A stretch of 40,542 nt of DNA from a virus, in the UHGV virus genome UHGV-0192375. One strand, written 5' to 3'. Both the position numbers and the translations under genes were made by a program. The notes beneath the pieces are model-generated. The model saw nothing but the letters and a program-made list of their open reading frames with translations, had not been told where the DNA came from and did not search any database. Below are positions 6,951 to 16,566 of the stretch, in pieces; position 1 is the stretch's first letter; each line of letters begins with the position of its first letter.

Positions 6951-7817
6951 ATGATTTATGACTGCTTTCTCTATTACGATGAAGATATGTTGTTAGACAT
7001 TCGTCTACACACTTTGGCTAATGTTGTAGATAAGTTTGTTATTGTTGAATCAAAGTTCACTTTTACGGGTCGCCCAAAACCACTCAATTTCAATATTGAG
7101 AAATTCAAGGCATTTGCCGATAAAATCATTTATGTTGTAAACGACACTGAACCGACGAAATTACCAGGAACAAAATACAGTCCTGATTATGAAGTTGACC
7201 CATGGGAAGTGGAAGCGAACCATCGTAATAGTATTATGCAAGGTCTGGTAGATGCAAAGCCTGACGATATAATAATTGTTTCTGACGTTGATGAAATCTT
7301 CAAACCAGAAGCGATTAAAAAAATAAACCCGCGTCATTTGTGCACTACCATCCATCAAGATTTCTATAACTATCAGTTCAACATGCAAGTGTTCAACAAA
7401 GATGGTTCTCCGCGCAAGTGTACACTTCCAAGAGCAACAACATACAAAAACCTGTTGGATTTTTTTGACGGTGAACCTGAGACCTTCAGGAATGTCAAGC
7501 GTAATCGTTTATTTAAAAAATGGTCGTGGTTCAAATGGAATTGGTTTAAGTTCAATAATAAAGTTATTGATAATGGTGGTTGGCATTTCTCGTGGGTGAT
7601 GACACCTGAACGTATTTCTGAAAAGATGTCTACTATCTCGCACCAAGAATATAATACGCCTGATTTCAATAACCCAGATCACATTTTGAAAGTGTTAGAG
7701 AACGCAGAAGATATCTGGGGGCGAGATAGAAAACTAGTCAAGCAAGAACTTAAAAAGCCCGAATTCCCGGATTATCTAGTCGACAATAAAGAAAAATTTA
7801 AAATGTTTGTCATTTAA
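6951..7817 (+). CDS. Glycosyltransferase family 17 (GnT-III-like) protein, AT-rich moron (288 aa)
   Basis: MIYDCFLYYDEDMLLDIRL...VDKFVIVESKFTFTGRPKPL N-terminus and DVDE motif are typical of bacterial Glyco_transf_17 members; GC content is much lower than the flanks; the stop overlaps convergently with the tail-fibre assembly gene. Confidence 0.7.
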   Translation: MIYDCFLYYDEDMLLDIRLHTLANVVDKFVIVESKFTFTGRPKPLNFNIEKFKAFADKIIYVVNDTEPTKLPGTKYSPDYEVDPWEVEANHRNSIMQGLVDAKPDDIIIVSDVDEIFKPEAIKKINPRHLCTTIHQDFYNYQFNMQVFNKDGSPRKCTLPRATTYKNLLDFFDGEPETFRNVKRNRLFKKWSWFKWNWFKFNNKVIDNGGWHFSWVMTPERISEKMSTISHQEYNTPDFNNPDHILKVLENAEDIWGRDRKLVKQELKKPEFPDYLVDNKEKFKMFVI

Positions 7818-8329
7818 TCTCTCACAGGCTTATCAGGCCATGCTATATCGGGTGCTTTCGTAATATCGACTCTATTTAGAAGCACCCGGTACTTTTTCCA
7901 CTCGAGCAGTAACGCCGCTTCTGCATCGGTAGCCATTCCTAAATCAACGGCATCCTGAAGCGGGGCAATAGCTCTTTCCGCAACCGCCATTAATTCACTT
8001 TTCTTTTGCTCCGCAACGTCGGCATCGCTTGGGCGGATATCAATAAAAACACCCTCCGAAAACTTGAAATTCCCTAACACATTAGCCGGGATGTCAGCTG
8101 GGTTTATCTCATATACATTTCGCCCTTCCTGCATACCCATAAATGAGACATCACTCTCACAGGCAACTACTATTCCATTCTCATCGGTAGCTACCGCACC
8201 TTTCCAAGTGCGCAGAGTTTCATACCAGTCCCTCCCGCTTTCATCCTGAAAATACAGTCCAGTCCTGAGCATGCCTTCAATTTCTGCTTGCTCTTTTTTA
8301 TATATTACCGGATTGATAAACTTATCCAT
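7814..8329 (-). CDS. Tail fibre assembly protein (Tfa; P2 gpG/lambda Tfa-like)
   Basis: Position immediately after the tail-fibre gene; typical Tfa composition and size. Confidence 0.75.
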   Translation of the reverse strand: MDKFINPVIYKKEQAEIEGMLRTGLYFQDESGRDWYETLRTWKGAVATDENGIVVACESDVSFMGMQEGRNVYEINPADIPANVLGNFKFSEGVFIDIRPSDADVAEQKKSELMAVAERAIAPLQDAVDLGMATDAEAALLLEWKKYRVLLNRVDITKAPDIAWPDKPVRD

Positions 8330-8331
8330 TA

Positions 8332-10449
8332 TTAATCTCCAACATTGACCCAGGCATTTGTTTGTTTATTTAAATACTGTAATTGACGATAGTAGACACC
8401 TAGCTTTCGGCCATCACTTCTGTTTTCCATATTCACCCCTGTGAGAACGCATCCAGCAGGTGATTCCCAGTTTCCAAACCAGGCATCTGTCGGATTTCGA
8501 ACCTGTTGACCGCCTCGGCGTAGGCCATTTACCACACCATAACGCGCATCACTCTGTGCTTTGGTATAAGCTTCACCCGCAGGGGTGTAACTCCCTTTCG
8601 GCTGAAAACGCCCGTCACTTTCCGACTTCGTGTATGCCTGACCAGCAGGGGTGTAACTCCCCTTAGGCTGAAAACGTCCGTCACTTTCAGCTTTGGTGTA
8701 TGCGCCTGTTTTTGGCATATATCCCGCATCTGATTGTGCTTTGGTGTAATAACGGTTATCAAAATTGGCATAGCTGCCCGGATTAACCTGACCCGGCGCG
8801 TTAAAGTTGCCATTAGTGTCCCATTTAAAATTAACCTCTGATCCGCCACTGCCTTTCATGTGCAGATGCCATGAAAGTTCGGTTCCCGCGACCAGAGACC
8901 CAAACGAAAAAGCCCAGGAGTTTTTACTCGCGATTGTCGCCTGTTGCTTGATAACCGGGTGGTATTCGCTCTCGCCGGTTGTTGAATATGAATTAAAAAA
9001 TGGTGCTTTCGTTTTATACTGTTCTACCCACGCAAACGCCCCGCTATAACCTGCTGTAATTTCTTTAGAGGCATAGACCGTATTACCGACGGTAAGTGGC
9101 GTTTCAGATTGAAGTGCTCCTGTTTCAAGGCTTACACGCAATGGTCGAAGCGCGTTGTAGGCTCCGTAAGAGTCTCCCTTATTGGTCAGCATGAGATACA
9201 GGTTGCTGCCGTCATTTCGCCAGAATGAGCCGTAGTCACCATAGGCAATGCGGAAATTGTTTGCGATGGTACTCTGAATTTCTGCATCAGCCTTGAGTAC
9301 GCCACTCATGGTGTCGCCGCTTTTATTCACGGCACCAATATCAGCCGGGGACGGTTTATTGACGGAATCATATCGTTTGGCCCAGGCAGTCCATGCGCCC
9401 GTTGAATACTGGCTGCGAGTGTAGGCACGAGAACTGTTATAAACCAGATAAACTTGTGTCACGCCCGCATTTTTGTAAACCAGCAGCGTTCCGGCGTTAT
9501 TTTCTGGATAGTGCCTCGCGGCTGAAGTATTGGCATTTATTGGCTGAAAATAAATACCCGGCGTTTTTAACGTATCCAGATCCTCGGTCGAAAGCCCGAT
9601 AGCCTGGTCGTTGAAGATATCCTGAGACGTTACGCTGGTATCGTCTGTCAGTGCGTGACCATTTATCTTACGCCCAGACGGTACACGCCCATTAGCATTA
9701 TCATTAGCTGCTTTGACAGCTTTCGGCGTAGCCGCCAGCGATTCACTGTCACTGTCAGTTGCGCTACTGAGCTGGACAATCCCCTTTTGTGCTGTGGTGG
9801 CGTTCTGAGCAGTATATTTCCCTTTTGCAAGATCATATGCATCTTTAACTGCCTTTGGTGTGGCCGCCAGCCCCTCCGACTTACTGTCGGTCGCATTACT
9901 GAGCTGCACCAGCCCCTTACGTAATGTAGTCGCATCGACGACGTCTATCGCTTCCCGCGCGCTTTTTTGTGCACTTGGGCCATTCTCAGCGATCTCCCCG
10001 AGATTTCGGTCGAGCCGCAGAAAAAGACCATCGCCCGTAGCCACTTTTAATTCAACTGCCGCCGTCTCTGATACCGCAAGTCGGTATTGTAGATTTACAC
10101 TGACACCGTTTTCAGGCTTTTCAATGGCGGCACAATTCGCAACAGAATACAGTTCGCCAGCATCTGTCAGCAGGCCAACTTCCCTGACTACGAATCCACC
10201 AACGTTAACCGGAAGGACCAGCTGAGCAATAAACTGGTTCGCCTGATCCGGAGAAATCTGTAGTGCAGAAATTGCGCTGCGATAGACCTCACGCACCAGC
10301 TTCGTCTGCGCAGGAGCCGGTTTAACGGACTGCCCGTTCCCGTCCCCCACAACAAAATCTTTGATGATGACGGGCTTCCCGGTTGCAGAGGATTGCGTCT
10401 CCAGCTCCTTGCCCCGGTTTGTCAGAATGCTGTAATACTTCTCAGCCAT
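8332..10449 (-). CDS. Tail fibre protein (P2 gpH-like) with tandem C-terminal repeats
   Basis: N-terminal gpH-like attachment region, repeated ...KGIVQLSSATDS...ATPKAVK collar motifs, and repeated SDGRFQPKGSYTPAG units. Confidence 0.85.
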   Translation of the reverse strand: MAEKYYSILTNRGKELETQSSATGKPVIIKDFVVGDGNGQSVKPAPAQTKLVREVYRSAISALQISPDQANQFIAQLVLPVNVGGFVVREVGLLTDAGELYSVANCAAIEKPENGVSVNLQYRLAVSETAAVELKVATGDGLFLRLDRNLGEIAENGPSAQKSAREAIDVVDATTLRKGLVQLSNATDSKSEGLAATPKAVKDAYDLAKGKYTAQNATTAQKGIVQLSSATDSDSESLAATPKAVKAANDNANGRVPSGRKINGHALTDDTSVTSQDIFNDQAIGLSTEDLDTLKTPGIYFQPINANTSAARHYPENNAGTLLVYKNAGVTQVYLVYNSSRAYTRSQYSTGAWTAWAKRYDSVNKPSPADIGAVNKSGDTMSGVLKADAEIQSTIANNFRIAYGDYGSFWRNDGSNLYLMLTNKGDSYGAYNALRPLRVSLETGALQSETPLTVGNTVYASKEITAGYSGAFAWVEQYKTKAPFFNSYSTTGESEYHPVIKQQATIASKNSWAFSFGSLVAGTELSWHLHMKGSGGSEVNFKWDTNGNFNAPGQVNPGSYANFDNRYYTKAQSDAGYMPKTGAYTKAESDGRFQPKGSYTPAGQAYTKSESDGRFQPKGSYTPAGEAYTKAQSDARYGVVNGLRRGGQQVRNPTDAWFGNWESPAGCVLTGVNMENRSDGRKLGVYYRQLQYLNKQTNAWVNVGD
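8555..8760 (-). repeat. About 2.5 tandem copies of a 66-bp repeat inside the tail fibre gene (22-aa units YTKAESDGRFQPKGSYTPAGxA)
   Basis: AGGGGTGTAACTCC recurs at 8581 and 8647 with flanks conserved. Confidence 0.8.
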
Positions 10450-10451
10450 GG

Positions 10452-11003
10452 TTAAACTCCTGCCTCAATAACAACGTCAATCCAGGCGGTAACAGCGCCG
10501 CCGGCATAATAAGTTCCCTTCGCACCCAGATCGGCGATCACATCGATAGTGGTCAACAGGCTGCGGAGGTTTTTGGCTTTATCGACCTGGCGCCGTATGC
10601 GCTGGTAAAGCGCTTCGTCAACAGCTTGTAAGCTGTAAACCTCCACGCGGAAGGTGTAGGGATCCTTGCGCGGTGTATCCTCCCACCACTCAATCACAGT
10701 GGTCGGGAGGCTGACGGCGCTCAGCGACCGCCTGACCGCCCCGGCGGTGCCCCGATGCTGATGGACATAAGCGGCATCCCTGATCACCTGCCTTTTTTCT
10801 TCCTCGGTCCAGGCCTCCTCCCATGAATCCACCGCGAATTCCCAGGCCAGCCATGGCAGCAAATGTGCGGGACAAGTATCAGGATTTTTCACCTTACGTA
10901 CCATGTCAGTATCCAGCGCCGTGATCAGCTCTGTGCTTGTCTGTTCCTGCGCCCGTTCCGGTTGAATAGCTGAAGGCGGAAGCAGAGATCGAAATTTATC
11001 CAC
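10452..11003 (-). CDS. Baseplate wedge protein, P2 gpI-like
   Basis: LLPPS...PDTCPAHLLPWLAWEFAVDSWEEAW motif block typical of gpI. Confidence 0.85.
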   Translation of the reverse strand: MDKFRSLLPPSAIQPERAQEQTSTELITALDTDMVRKVKNPDTCPAHLLPWLAWEFAVDSWEEAWTEEEKRQVIRDAAYVHQHRGTAGAVRRSLSAVSLPTTVIEWWEDTPRKDPYTFRVEVYSLQAVDEALYQRIRRQVDKAKNLRSLLTTIDVIADLGAKGTYYAGGAVTAWIDVVIEAGV

Positions 11004-11907
11004 TCACTCCTCCTTTACGGGTGACGTTTATCGCGCTGCACCACGGGGCCTGTCCTGCTGCCGCTTCCAGATCAGCCGTCGGGCTGAGCAACTTAACTCT
11101 GGATACGCCGGGCTGCTGAAGTGCTGAGTAAATAGAGGAAAGCGGTACGATGGCATTAATGCGATGGGAAAGCTGTGTGTAGCTCGTCAGCGTACTTATC
11201 GCGTTTTCCAGTACCGTCTGTGCATCCGGACCGTCTGGTATTTCAAGTTCAGCCTTTACGGTATAGCTGGCGATACTGGCACTCTTCACACTGACAAAAT
11301 CGGTGAGCGGCCTGACTTCATCCGCGCTCAGTTTATTCATCACTTTTTCGATCAGGATATCCCCGGCCTCGCCGTTGCCGGTTCGCGAGAGCACGTATAC
11401 ATCCACCTCGCCGGGCCGGTTATGGGTTTCAGGCCCGTAGGCGTCCGCATCCAGCACATCGTTATCCGCTGATTTGGCATGAAAGCGATAAGCGTTACGC
11501 GCGCCGGCCGTATTCAGCTGCGCCCACGAAAGCTGTATACGTTCCCGGAAAGCGTCGTCGTCTTCATAAACAGGGTCGACAGGGGGAACCGCATCCGGAT
11601 CGCCGGGATTAATCACCAGACGGGAAACATTAAAGGCCGCGCCCAGCTGGTCGAGATCGGCCTCTCTGGCACTGGCAAGGAAAACAGCCCTTACAGCGTC
11701 ATTAACGCGCTGGAACGCCAGAGTGAGCTGGTAGGCGTTGATTTCACCCTGTTTATACGCCGGGTCAGATTCCACCAGCGCATCAAATTCCGGATCCAGT
11801 TCGCGCAGGCGCGCCAGCCAGCGGGTAAAAATGTCAGCGGCATCCGGTACCACGATGGCATCCGGCACCGCCAGGGCGGACAGGTTAATTACGTCATAGC
11901 TGCTTGC
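10996..11907 (-). CDS. Baseplate assembly protein J (P2 gpJ-like); start reassigned to the internal Met (MASSYDVINLSALAVPD)
   Basis: Collinear similarity to P2 gpJ begins at this Met; the ORF-track start (12012) would overlap gpW by about 120 nt. Confidence 0.8.
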   Translation of the reverse strand, partial: ASSYDVINLSALAVPDAIVVPDAADIFTRWLARLRELDPEFDALVESDPAYKQGEINAYQLTLAFQRVNDAVRAVFLASAREADLDQLGAAFNVSRLVINPGDPDAVPPVDPVYEDDDAFRERIQLSWAQLNTAGARNAYRFHAKSADNDVLDADAYGPETHNRPGEVDVYVLSRTGNGEAGDILIEKVMNKLSADEVRPLTDFVSVKSASIASYTVKAELEIPDGPDAQTVLENAISTLTSYTQLSHRINAIVPLSSIYSALQQPGVSRVKLLSPTADLEAAAGQAPWCSAINVTRKGGVSG

Positions 11908-12247
11908 CATAAATCGGTATGCCTCCGGTGCTGACAGGAAGATTGTTCTCTTTGTTAATCCCTTCGATATCCACCACACACCCCGTTTTGTCAGCCGGGA
12001 AAGAAACGACAACGCGCGTGACCTTAAGCCGGGGTTCCCAGCGTGCCAGCGCCGAGGCGGTCGCGGCGATGATGCGAAGCCTGGTCAGGTCATCACGAGG
12101 GTTATCAACCAGCGAAAACAGGTCACTGCCATAATCACGGATCAGTACACGGCTGCCGACGGGCGTGGAGAGAATATCGCTGACGGACTGGCGCAGATGA
12201 TCGCTACCGGACAGGTGTTTCCCGGTCCGGCTGTTTACACCGTTCAT
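11894..12247 (-). CDS. Baseplate assembly protein W (gp25-like)
   Basis: Size, position and the GSRVLIRDYGSDL... motif of the GPW/gp25 family. Confidence 0.8.
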   Translation of the reverse strand: MNGVNSRTGKHLSGSDHLRQSVSDILSTPVGSRVLIRDYGSDLFSLVDNPRDDLTRLRIIAATASALARWEPRLKVTRVVVSFPADKTGCVVDIEGINKENNLPVSTGGIPIYGKQL

Positions 12248-12283
12248 AGTATTTTCCGTATCTGTTTGTCGGATGGCTGAGAG

Positions 12284-13414
12284 TTATCCGAAGTAATCCG
12301 GGCCGGTCTTATCCTTGCTGCCGGATTTTTTTGAGGATTTCGCAGGCTTGCGAATATCAACCACCAGGTTGTATGTGAAACTGAAACCCGCAGGTGTCAG
12401 GGAAAACACCAGCGACTCAACCACCCAGGCGCGATCTTCCCGTTCGCCAAAGCCGGACGTGGATACGCCAGACTCTGCCGTAAGAGGAACGTGTCTGGGT
12501 CGGCAGGGCCCCGTTACTGTCATTTTTTGTTCATTGCGGCGGGCCTGCGTTTTTTTCGCTTTGGCCTGCTGATCGGCATTAGCTTTTACAGGCTGGGTAT
12601 ACGGGTTAGCCATTGAGGGACCATCATGATCAACCGTGGTGGTTTTGGTCTTCCCGTCAGCCTCATCGTAATAACGTACGCCGATTTTGCCTGAAGACTT
12701 ACCACTGCTGGCGGTGGCCTTCCCTGTCGAACTGCCCCGCTCTCCTTCGCTGTAAGACCAGTTTGACACCTCTTCTGGTGTGATAATCAGAGCTGCGGTC
12801 TGTTCGCCGGAAGCATTTGCCGTGGCTCCCTGACGCAGAAAGAGCCAGTATCCGCCCGACGGTTTACTGACAGCATTCCATGTTCGGGCCAGGCGCGTCA
12901 GCAGATTGGCGTCCGATTCTGCCACCTGGTCAACGTGGTCGATATGAATGTCGGCCAGCTCTGCGGCCACTTTTGGTACCAGTCCGTTTTCTTTCGCTAC
13001 CGTTTTAACCAAATCCGCCAGTCGCAGGTTATCCCAGCTGCGTGTTTTCTGGCTGATCACATCACCCGGTTGTTTTTGCGCGTTCATTGGCGCAGCGGTG
13101 GCATAAATTTCGATACGACGTGGCGGACCGCTGCTGGCCACGCCGGAAACCACGAACCAGCCCTTATCCACCAGATGATCATTAAAACCCAGCGCCACGC
13201 GAAGACGAGCGCCTTTTGTCGGAAGGGGGAGCGTTTCCGAGAGCAGGGTGATTTTCAGCTCATCTGCTTTTGCCGTGGCACCGCCGTAATCAGTCAGCGT
13301 CAGCTCTGCCAGGCATTGTTGCAGCGCACGGGTAATATCTTTTCCTTCAGCGCTGACGCTGAAAGCGGGAGCATATTCCGGTTTAACAATCTGATCTGCC
13401 ATTTTTAATCCCAC
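12284..13414 (-). CDS. Tail protein D (P2 gpD-like late control/tail protein)
   Basis: Size and position after X/U; gpD-like N-terminal region. Confidence 0.75.
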   Translation of the reverse strand: MGLKMADQIVKPEYAPAFSVSAEGKDITRALQQCLAELTLTDYGGATAKADELKITLLSETLPLPTKGARLRVALGFNDHLVDKGWFVVSGVASSGPPRRIEIYATAAPMNAQKQPGDVISQKTRSWDNLRLADLVKTVAKENGLVPKVAAELADIHIDHVDQVAESDANLLTRLARTWNAVSKPSGGYWLFLRQGATANASGEQTAALIITPEEVSNWSYSEGERGSSTGKATASSGKSSGKIGVRYYDEADGKTKTTTVDHDGPSMANPYTQPVKANADQQAKAKKTQARRNEQKMTVTGPCRPRHVPLTAESGVSTSGFGEREDRAWVVESLVFSLTPAGFSFTYNLVVDIRKPAKSSKKSGSKDKTGPDYFG

Positions 13415-13620
13415 AGGCTGTATGCAGAAGCCTGAACCGGCGGAGCCAGATCCGGTAAAGTGATAAACAGACCTGAAGGATAAACGGCCCCACGGTCAGC
13501 CAGTCCAGGATTCGCCTCAAGAACCTGCGTCACAATATAAGAGAGGTTCTCCGTGCCGTAATGCGTCGCGCAGATCGCATCCAGCACATCACCGTCACGG
13601 GTTTGATATGTCATCGGCAT
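13405..13620 (-). CDS. Tail protein X (P2 gpX-like, LysM-like)
   Basis: 71 aa; position between U and D; DAICATHYG motif. Confidence 0.7.
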   Translation of the reverse strand: MPMTYQTRDGDVLDAICATHYGTENLSYIVTQVLEANPGLADRGAVYPSGLFITLPDLAPPVQASAYSLWD

Positions 13621-14065
13621 AATGTTTCAGCGTCATCGTCCAGTTTTTGTTTCGGTGGCCGCCGCCCGGCAGGAATCGGCTGGTCGTATCTGAGAAGTCG
13701 ATCACCACCCACCAGCCCAGGACATCTCCTTCACCGCTGACCAGCTGCTGAGGCTGATTCTGGTCTGCCAGGTTGAAGAGATCGTTAACAGCATCCACCC
13801 CATTGCGAAAGAAAGCATGCGATTCCCCTTCAAGCCGGACGGTTCGCCCGGGCTTGCCGGTATACTGCAATAAATCCTGCTTCCCGATCCGCTCCTGTTC
13901 GCTCCATCGCCAGCTGGCCTCGCGGGTCAGCTGGTTGTATGCCGTGGTGTCGATCGAAAAGGCAAAATCGCCCAGCATCATCATCACCCGGGCGGCCTGA
14001 GCCCCCCGAACAGCGCTGGACTGAAACTGCCCGTAGTCTTCAAAGACAGGAATAATTTCACTCAC
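13595..14065 (-). CDS. Tail protein U (P2 gpU-like)
   Basis: Position immediately after the tape measure gene; size. Confidence 0.65.
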   Translation of the reverse strand: MSEIIPVFEDYGQFQSSAVRGAQAARVMMMLGDFAFSIDTTAYNQLTREASWRWSEQERIGKQDLLQYTGKPGRTVRLEGESHAFFRNGVDAVNDLFNLADQNQPQQLVSGEGDVLGWWVVIDFSDTTSRFLPGGGHRNKNWTMTLKHYADDISNP

Positions 14066-16152
14066 CAGATTTGTCCTCCGTCCAGCATGCTGCTGTCACC
14101 GTTAAATACCGGACTGGTTTTAGTCACCGCGACAACTTCATCCCCGATCGCCCTTTCATCCTGACCAGGTGCGCCATGTATCTCATAATGAAATTCGAAA
14201 CGACGGTTGTCGGTCAGTTGTCGGGGAGGTGGCGCTTTGTCCGCAAAATCCAGCTTCTGAAGTAATGTTTCCCAGTAGCTGCTTTCCTCTTCACCTGACA
14301 GTTCTGCCGGTCTGCCTGGAACAGGATCAGGAGACTGTCGGGAGTTAATCTCAGGCGGTAAGTGCAAGACGTCTGCGCTTTTATCCCTGTAACGTTCGTT
14401 ACCCCTGAATGAACCCTGCGCGTTGTCAGTACCCGGTAACGAATCGACATCAACATTCACATCCGGGATACGCTGTGCCGGGTATTTTGAATTCCCCTCA
14501 GATCTTTCCTCTGCTGCTGTCCAGTTGAGGGAAGGATAAACATCGACATTGACCACCGGCTTATCCGGTGAGATGTTGCCTGCGGATCCCTTCGGTTTTT
14601 CCGCTGCGGGCCAGACGCTACTTTTTTCAAACGAGGGAAAGGAAGGCAGTCTGTAATTATTCCAGGCGCCGGCAGTGCTGTCGGATGTTTCATGTCCCGG
14701 TTGCACAGACGTCTCCTGGTTCTGGTTCAGTGCTGAATCCCAGGAGAACGGCGCGCCGTTGCTTTCCGGCGCCACGTATTTATCGAGCGTACTGTTAAAG
14801 GTGTCATCGTCGTCGCGGAAAAATCCCCGGGTGTCCCGGTACGATTTTTTCACATCATCAGGCAGGTCCGGCTTTTCCTTCAGTTGCTGCTCAAACCATT
14901 CGCCCTGACCGTTGCGCTGCGCCGTCATGCGCGCAATATCAACTGAGCCAGTCATCGCCAGCGATTTGAGTACGTCCCGCTGATCGCTTCTCTCATCCGG
15001 TAAAAGCCAGGACAGTTTTTTTGCCAGCGCGTAGGCCACTTTCCCGACGAACACAATGCCCTGGCCGAACGTCAGCACGCCGGGGTAAAGATCATTACGC
15101 AGGAAACTGACAATGCGTTTGATCCCGCCCCCCTTAAACCACTCCGCCATATCATCCGTCAGCCGGCGGATATCCGGTGCCAGCTCGTTTCCCAGCTGCC
15201 CTGAGATTTCCGCTACAGCGGAGGAGAAGACCGTGCGCAGGCTGGTGATGGCGCGGTTGCCCTCCATCGCCCCTTCAGCCCCCTCTTTCGTGACGAGGTT
15301 ATATCGACGCTGCTCGTCCATCAGATCACGGTAGCTTTTGCCGGACTGCTTCAGCAACATCAGCAGTTTGCTGGCCTCGCCGCCAAACAGCGAATCCAGT
15401 GCAAACGACGCTTTCGACTCGTCCTGCATGCTGAGCGCACGCTCGACGATTTTTTCGAACTGCGCCATATCGCTGAGGCCCGCAAAATCCCCCGCCTTAA
15501 ATCCCAGCGTTTCAAACGCATCCTGAAGAGAACCCTGCTTGCCGTTCTGCTTGTACTCTCCCGCCTTGTGAAGGTACTCCTCGAACAGGTCGCCGATGTT
15601 CTCCCCGTTCATGTCGTACTGCTTCGCGAGCGTATCCCAGGCATCAAACGTCGGGATATCGACGCCATAGCTTTTCGCCACGCCTGCCCGTCGGGCCGTT
15701 TCTGCGTTGGTGGCCGCAGGTGCAATCAGGGTGCCCAGGGCGGAAGCCACCACGCCACCGCCCCCAATCGCCAGCCCGGGAGCCACCATCCCGCCCAGTT
15801 GTCCGGCCATACCGAGCCCACGGCGAAACAGCCCTTTCCCTGCCCCCTTGAAGGCGGCCAGCCGTTGCGTCTTCTGCATCTGCTGATTCAGCTTCTGCTG
15901 TTCGGCCTCCGTCTTGCGGATTTCACGGGAGACGTCACTGTAACGCCGTTTAAGATCGCCAAGACTTTGCCCGGCCAGCTTCGCGCGCTTAATCTCAGCC
16001 GCCAGCCTGGCCTGGTCTTTCGTCAGTTTTTCTGACTGCTTTCCGACGTCCTTCAGGCTTTTTTGCAGGCTGTTCGCTGAACGGCTCCAGGAGCTGTCGA
16101 TACTGCCGCCAAAGGTAATGACGGCCTTAAGGTTCTGGCTTAATCCGGCCAC
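14062..16152 (-). CDS. Tail tape measure protein
   Basis: 696 aa; coiled-coil N-terminus; Gly-rich hydrophobic segment; located after the E/E' chaperone pair. Confidence 0.85.
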   Translation of the reverse strand: MAGLSQNLKAVITFGGSIDSSWSRSANSLQKSLKDVGKQSEKLTKDQARLAAEIKRAKLAGQSLGDLKRRYSDVSREIRKTEAEQQKLNQQMQKTQRLAAFKGAGKGLFRRGLGMAGQLGGMVAPGLAIGGGGVVASALGTLIAPAATNAETARRAGVAKSYGVDIPTFDAWDTLAKQYDMNGENIGDLFEEYLHKAGEYKQNGKQGSLQDAFETLGFKAGDFAGLSDMAQFEKIVERALSMQDESKASFALDSLFGGEASKLLMLLKQSGKSYRDLMDEQRRYNLVTKEGAEGAMEGNRAITSLRTVFSSAVAEISGQLGNELAPDIRRLTDDMAEWFKGGGIKRIVSFLRNDLYPGVLTFGQGIVFVGKVAYALAKKLSWLLPDERSDQRDVLKSLAMTGSVDIARMTAQRNGQGEWFEQQLKEKPDLPDDVKKSYRDTRGFFRDDDDTFNSTLDKYVAPESNGAPFSWDSALNQNQETSVQPGHETSDSTAGAWNNYRLPSFPSFEKSSVWPAAEKPKGSAGNISPDKPVVNVDVYPSLNWTAAEERSEGNSKYPAQRIPDVNVDVDSLPGTDNAQGSFRGNERYRDKSADVLHLPPEINSRQSPDPVPGRPAELSGEEESSYWETLLQKLDFADKAPPPRQLTDNRRFEFHYEIHGAPGQDERAIGDEVVAVTKTSPVFNGDSSMLDGGQIW

Positions 16153-16346
16153 GATTTACCGCCTCCACTTCGTCGGTGAGAAAATCCGAAAACACACTGA
16201 ACGGCATATCCAGGTATTCCGTCATGGGAAAATGCAGGCGCCGTCCCAGAAAACGTATCGCCCGCATCAGCCCTCTTTCGGTCGCTTCTCGGGCGGGAGC
16301 ATAAAAACATTAAACGCGTCCAGCAGCTGGGCATAATCTGCCGCAG
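16140..16346 (-). other. +1-frame extension (E') overlapping the 3' end of the tail chaperone gene and the 5' end of the tape measure gene; candidate programmed translational frameshift
   Basis: The frame is open from 16346 to 16140 and bridges the gap between E (stop 16267) and T (start 16152); the -1 frame is closed by a TAA; conserved E/E'(G/GT) architecture. Confidence 0.45.
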
Positions 16347-16554
16347 TCAGTTGCCAGATATCCTGTTCGCTGAGGTTGCACAGCAGCGCAATCATGCGCG
16401 CCTCTTTTTCTTCTTCACTGCCGCGGTCTTTGGAAAAAGCAATGCGGTCACGCACCAGCGGCTCGCGCAGCGTCACCTGTTCGAGCAGGCCACCGTTCTC
16501 AAAGGAAACAGGGGAATACAGTTTGATAACGCGTGTTTCACCAGGAAAAGACAT
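16267..16554 (-). CDS. Tail assembly chaperone (P2 gpE-like); start at the Met with a GGAGA SD
   Basis: Position between the tube and tape measure genes; small acidic protein; overlapping shifted ORF. Confidence 0.7.
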   Translation of the reverse strand: MSFPGETRVIKLYSPVSFENGGLLEQVTLREPLVRDRIAFSKDRGSEEEKEARMIALLCNLSEQDIWQLTAADYAQLLDAFNVFMLPPEKRPKEG

Positions 16555-16566
16555 GTTGATCTCCAT

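Noticed and set aside
7861-7910. Inverted repeat GGGTGCTT...AAGCACCC near the end of the GT17/Tfa convergence
   Set aside because: Lies inside the Tfa coding sequence with a 22-nt loop and no U-run. Not a convincing terminator.
8460-10225. Many 60-130-aa ORFs on the + strand inside the tail-fibre gene (and similar antisense ORFs inside tail, head, terminase and methyltransferase genes throughout 10-37 kb)
   Set aside because: They are shadow ORFs of long, well-supported minus-strand genes; GC-rich DNA yields long antisense open frames. None has an RBS or a domain signature.
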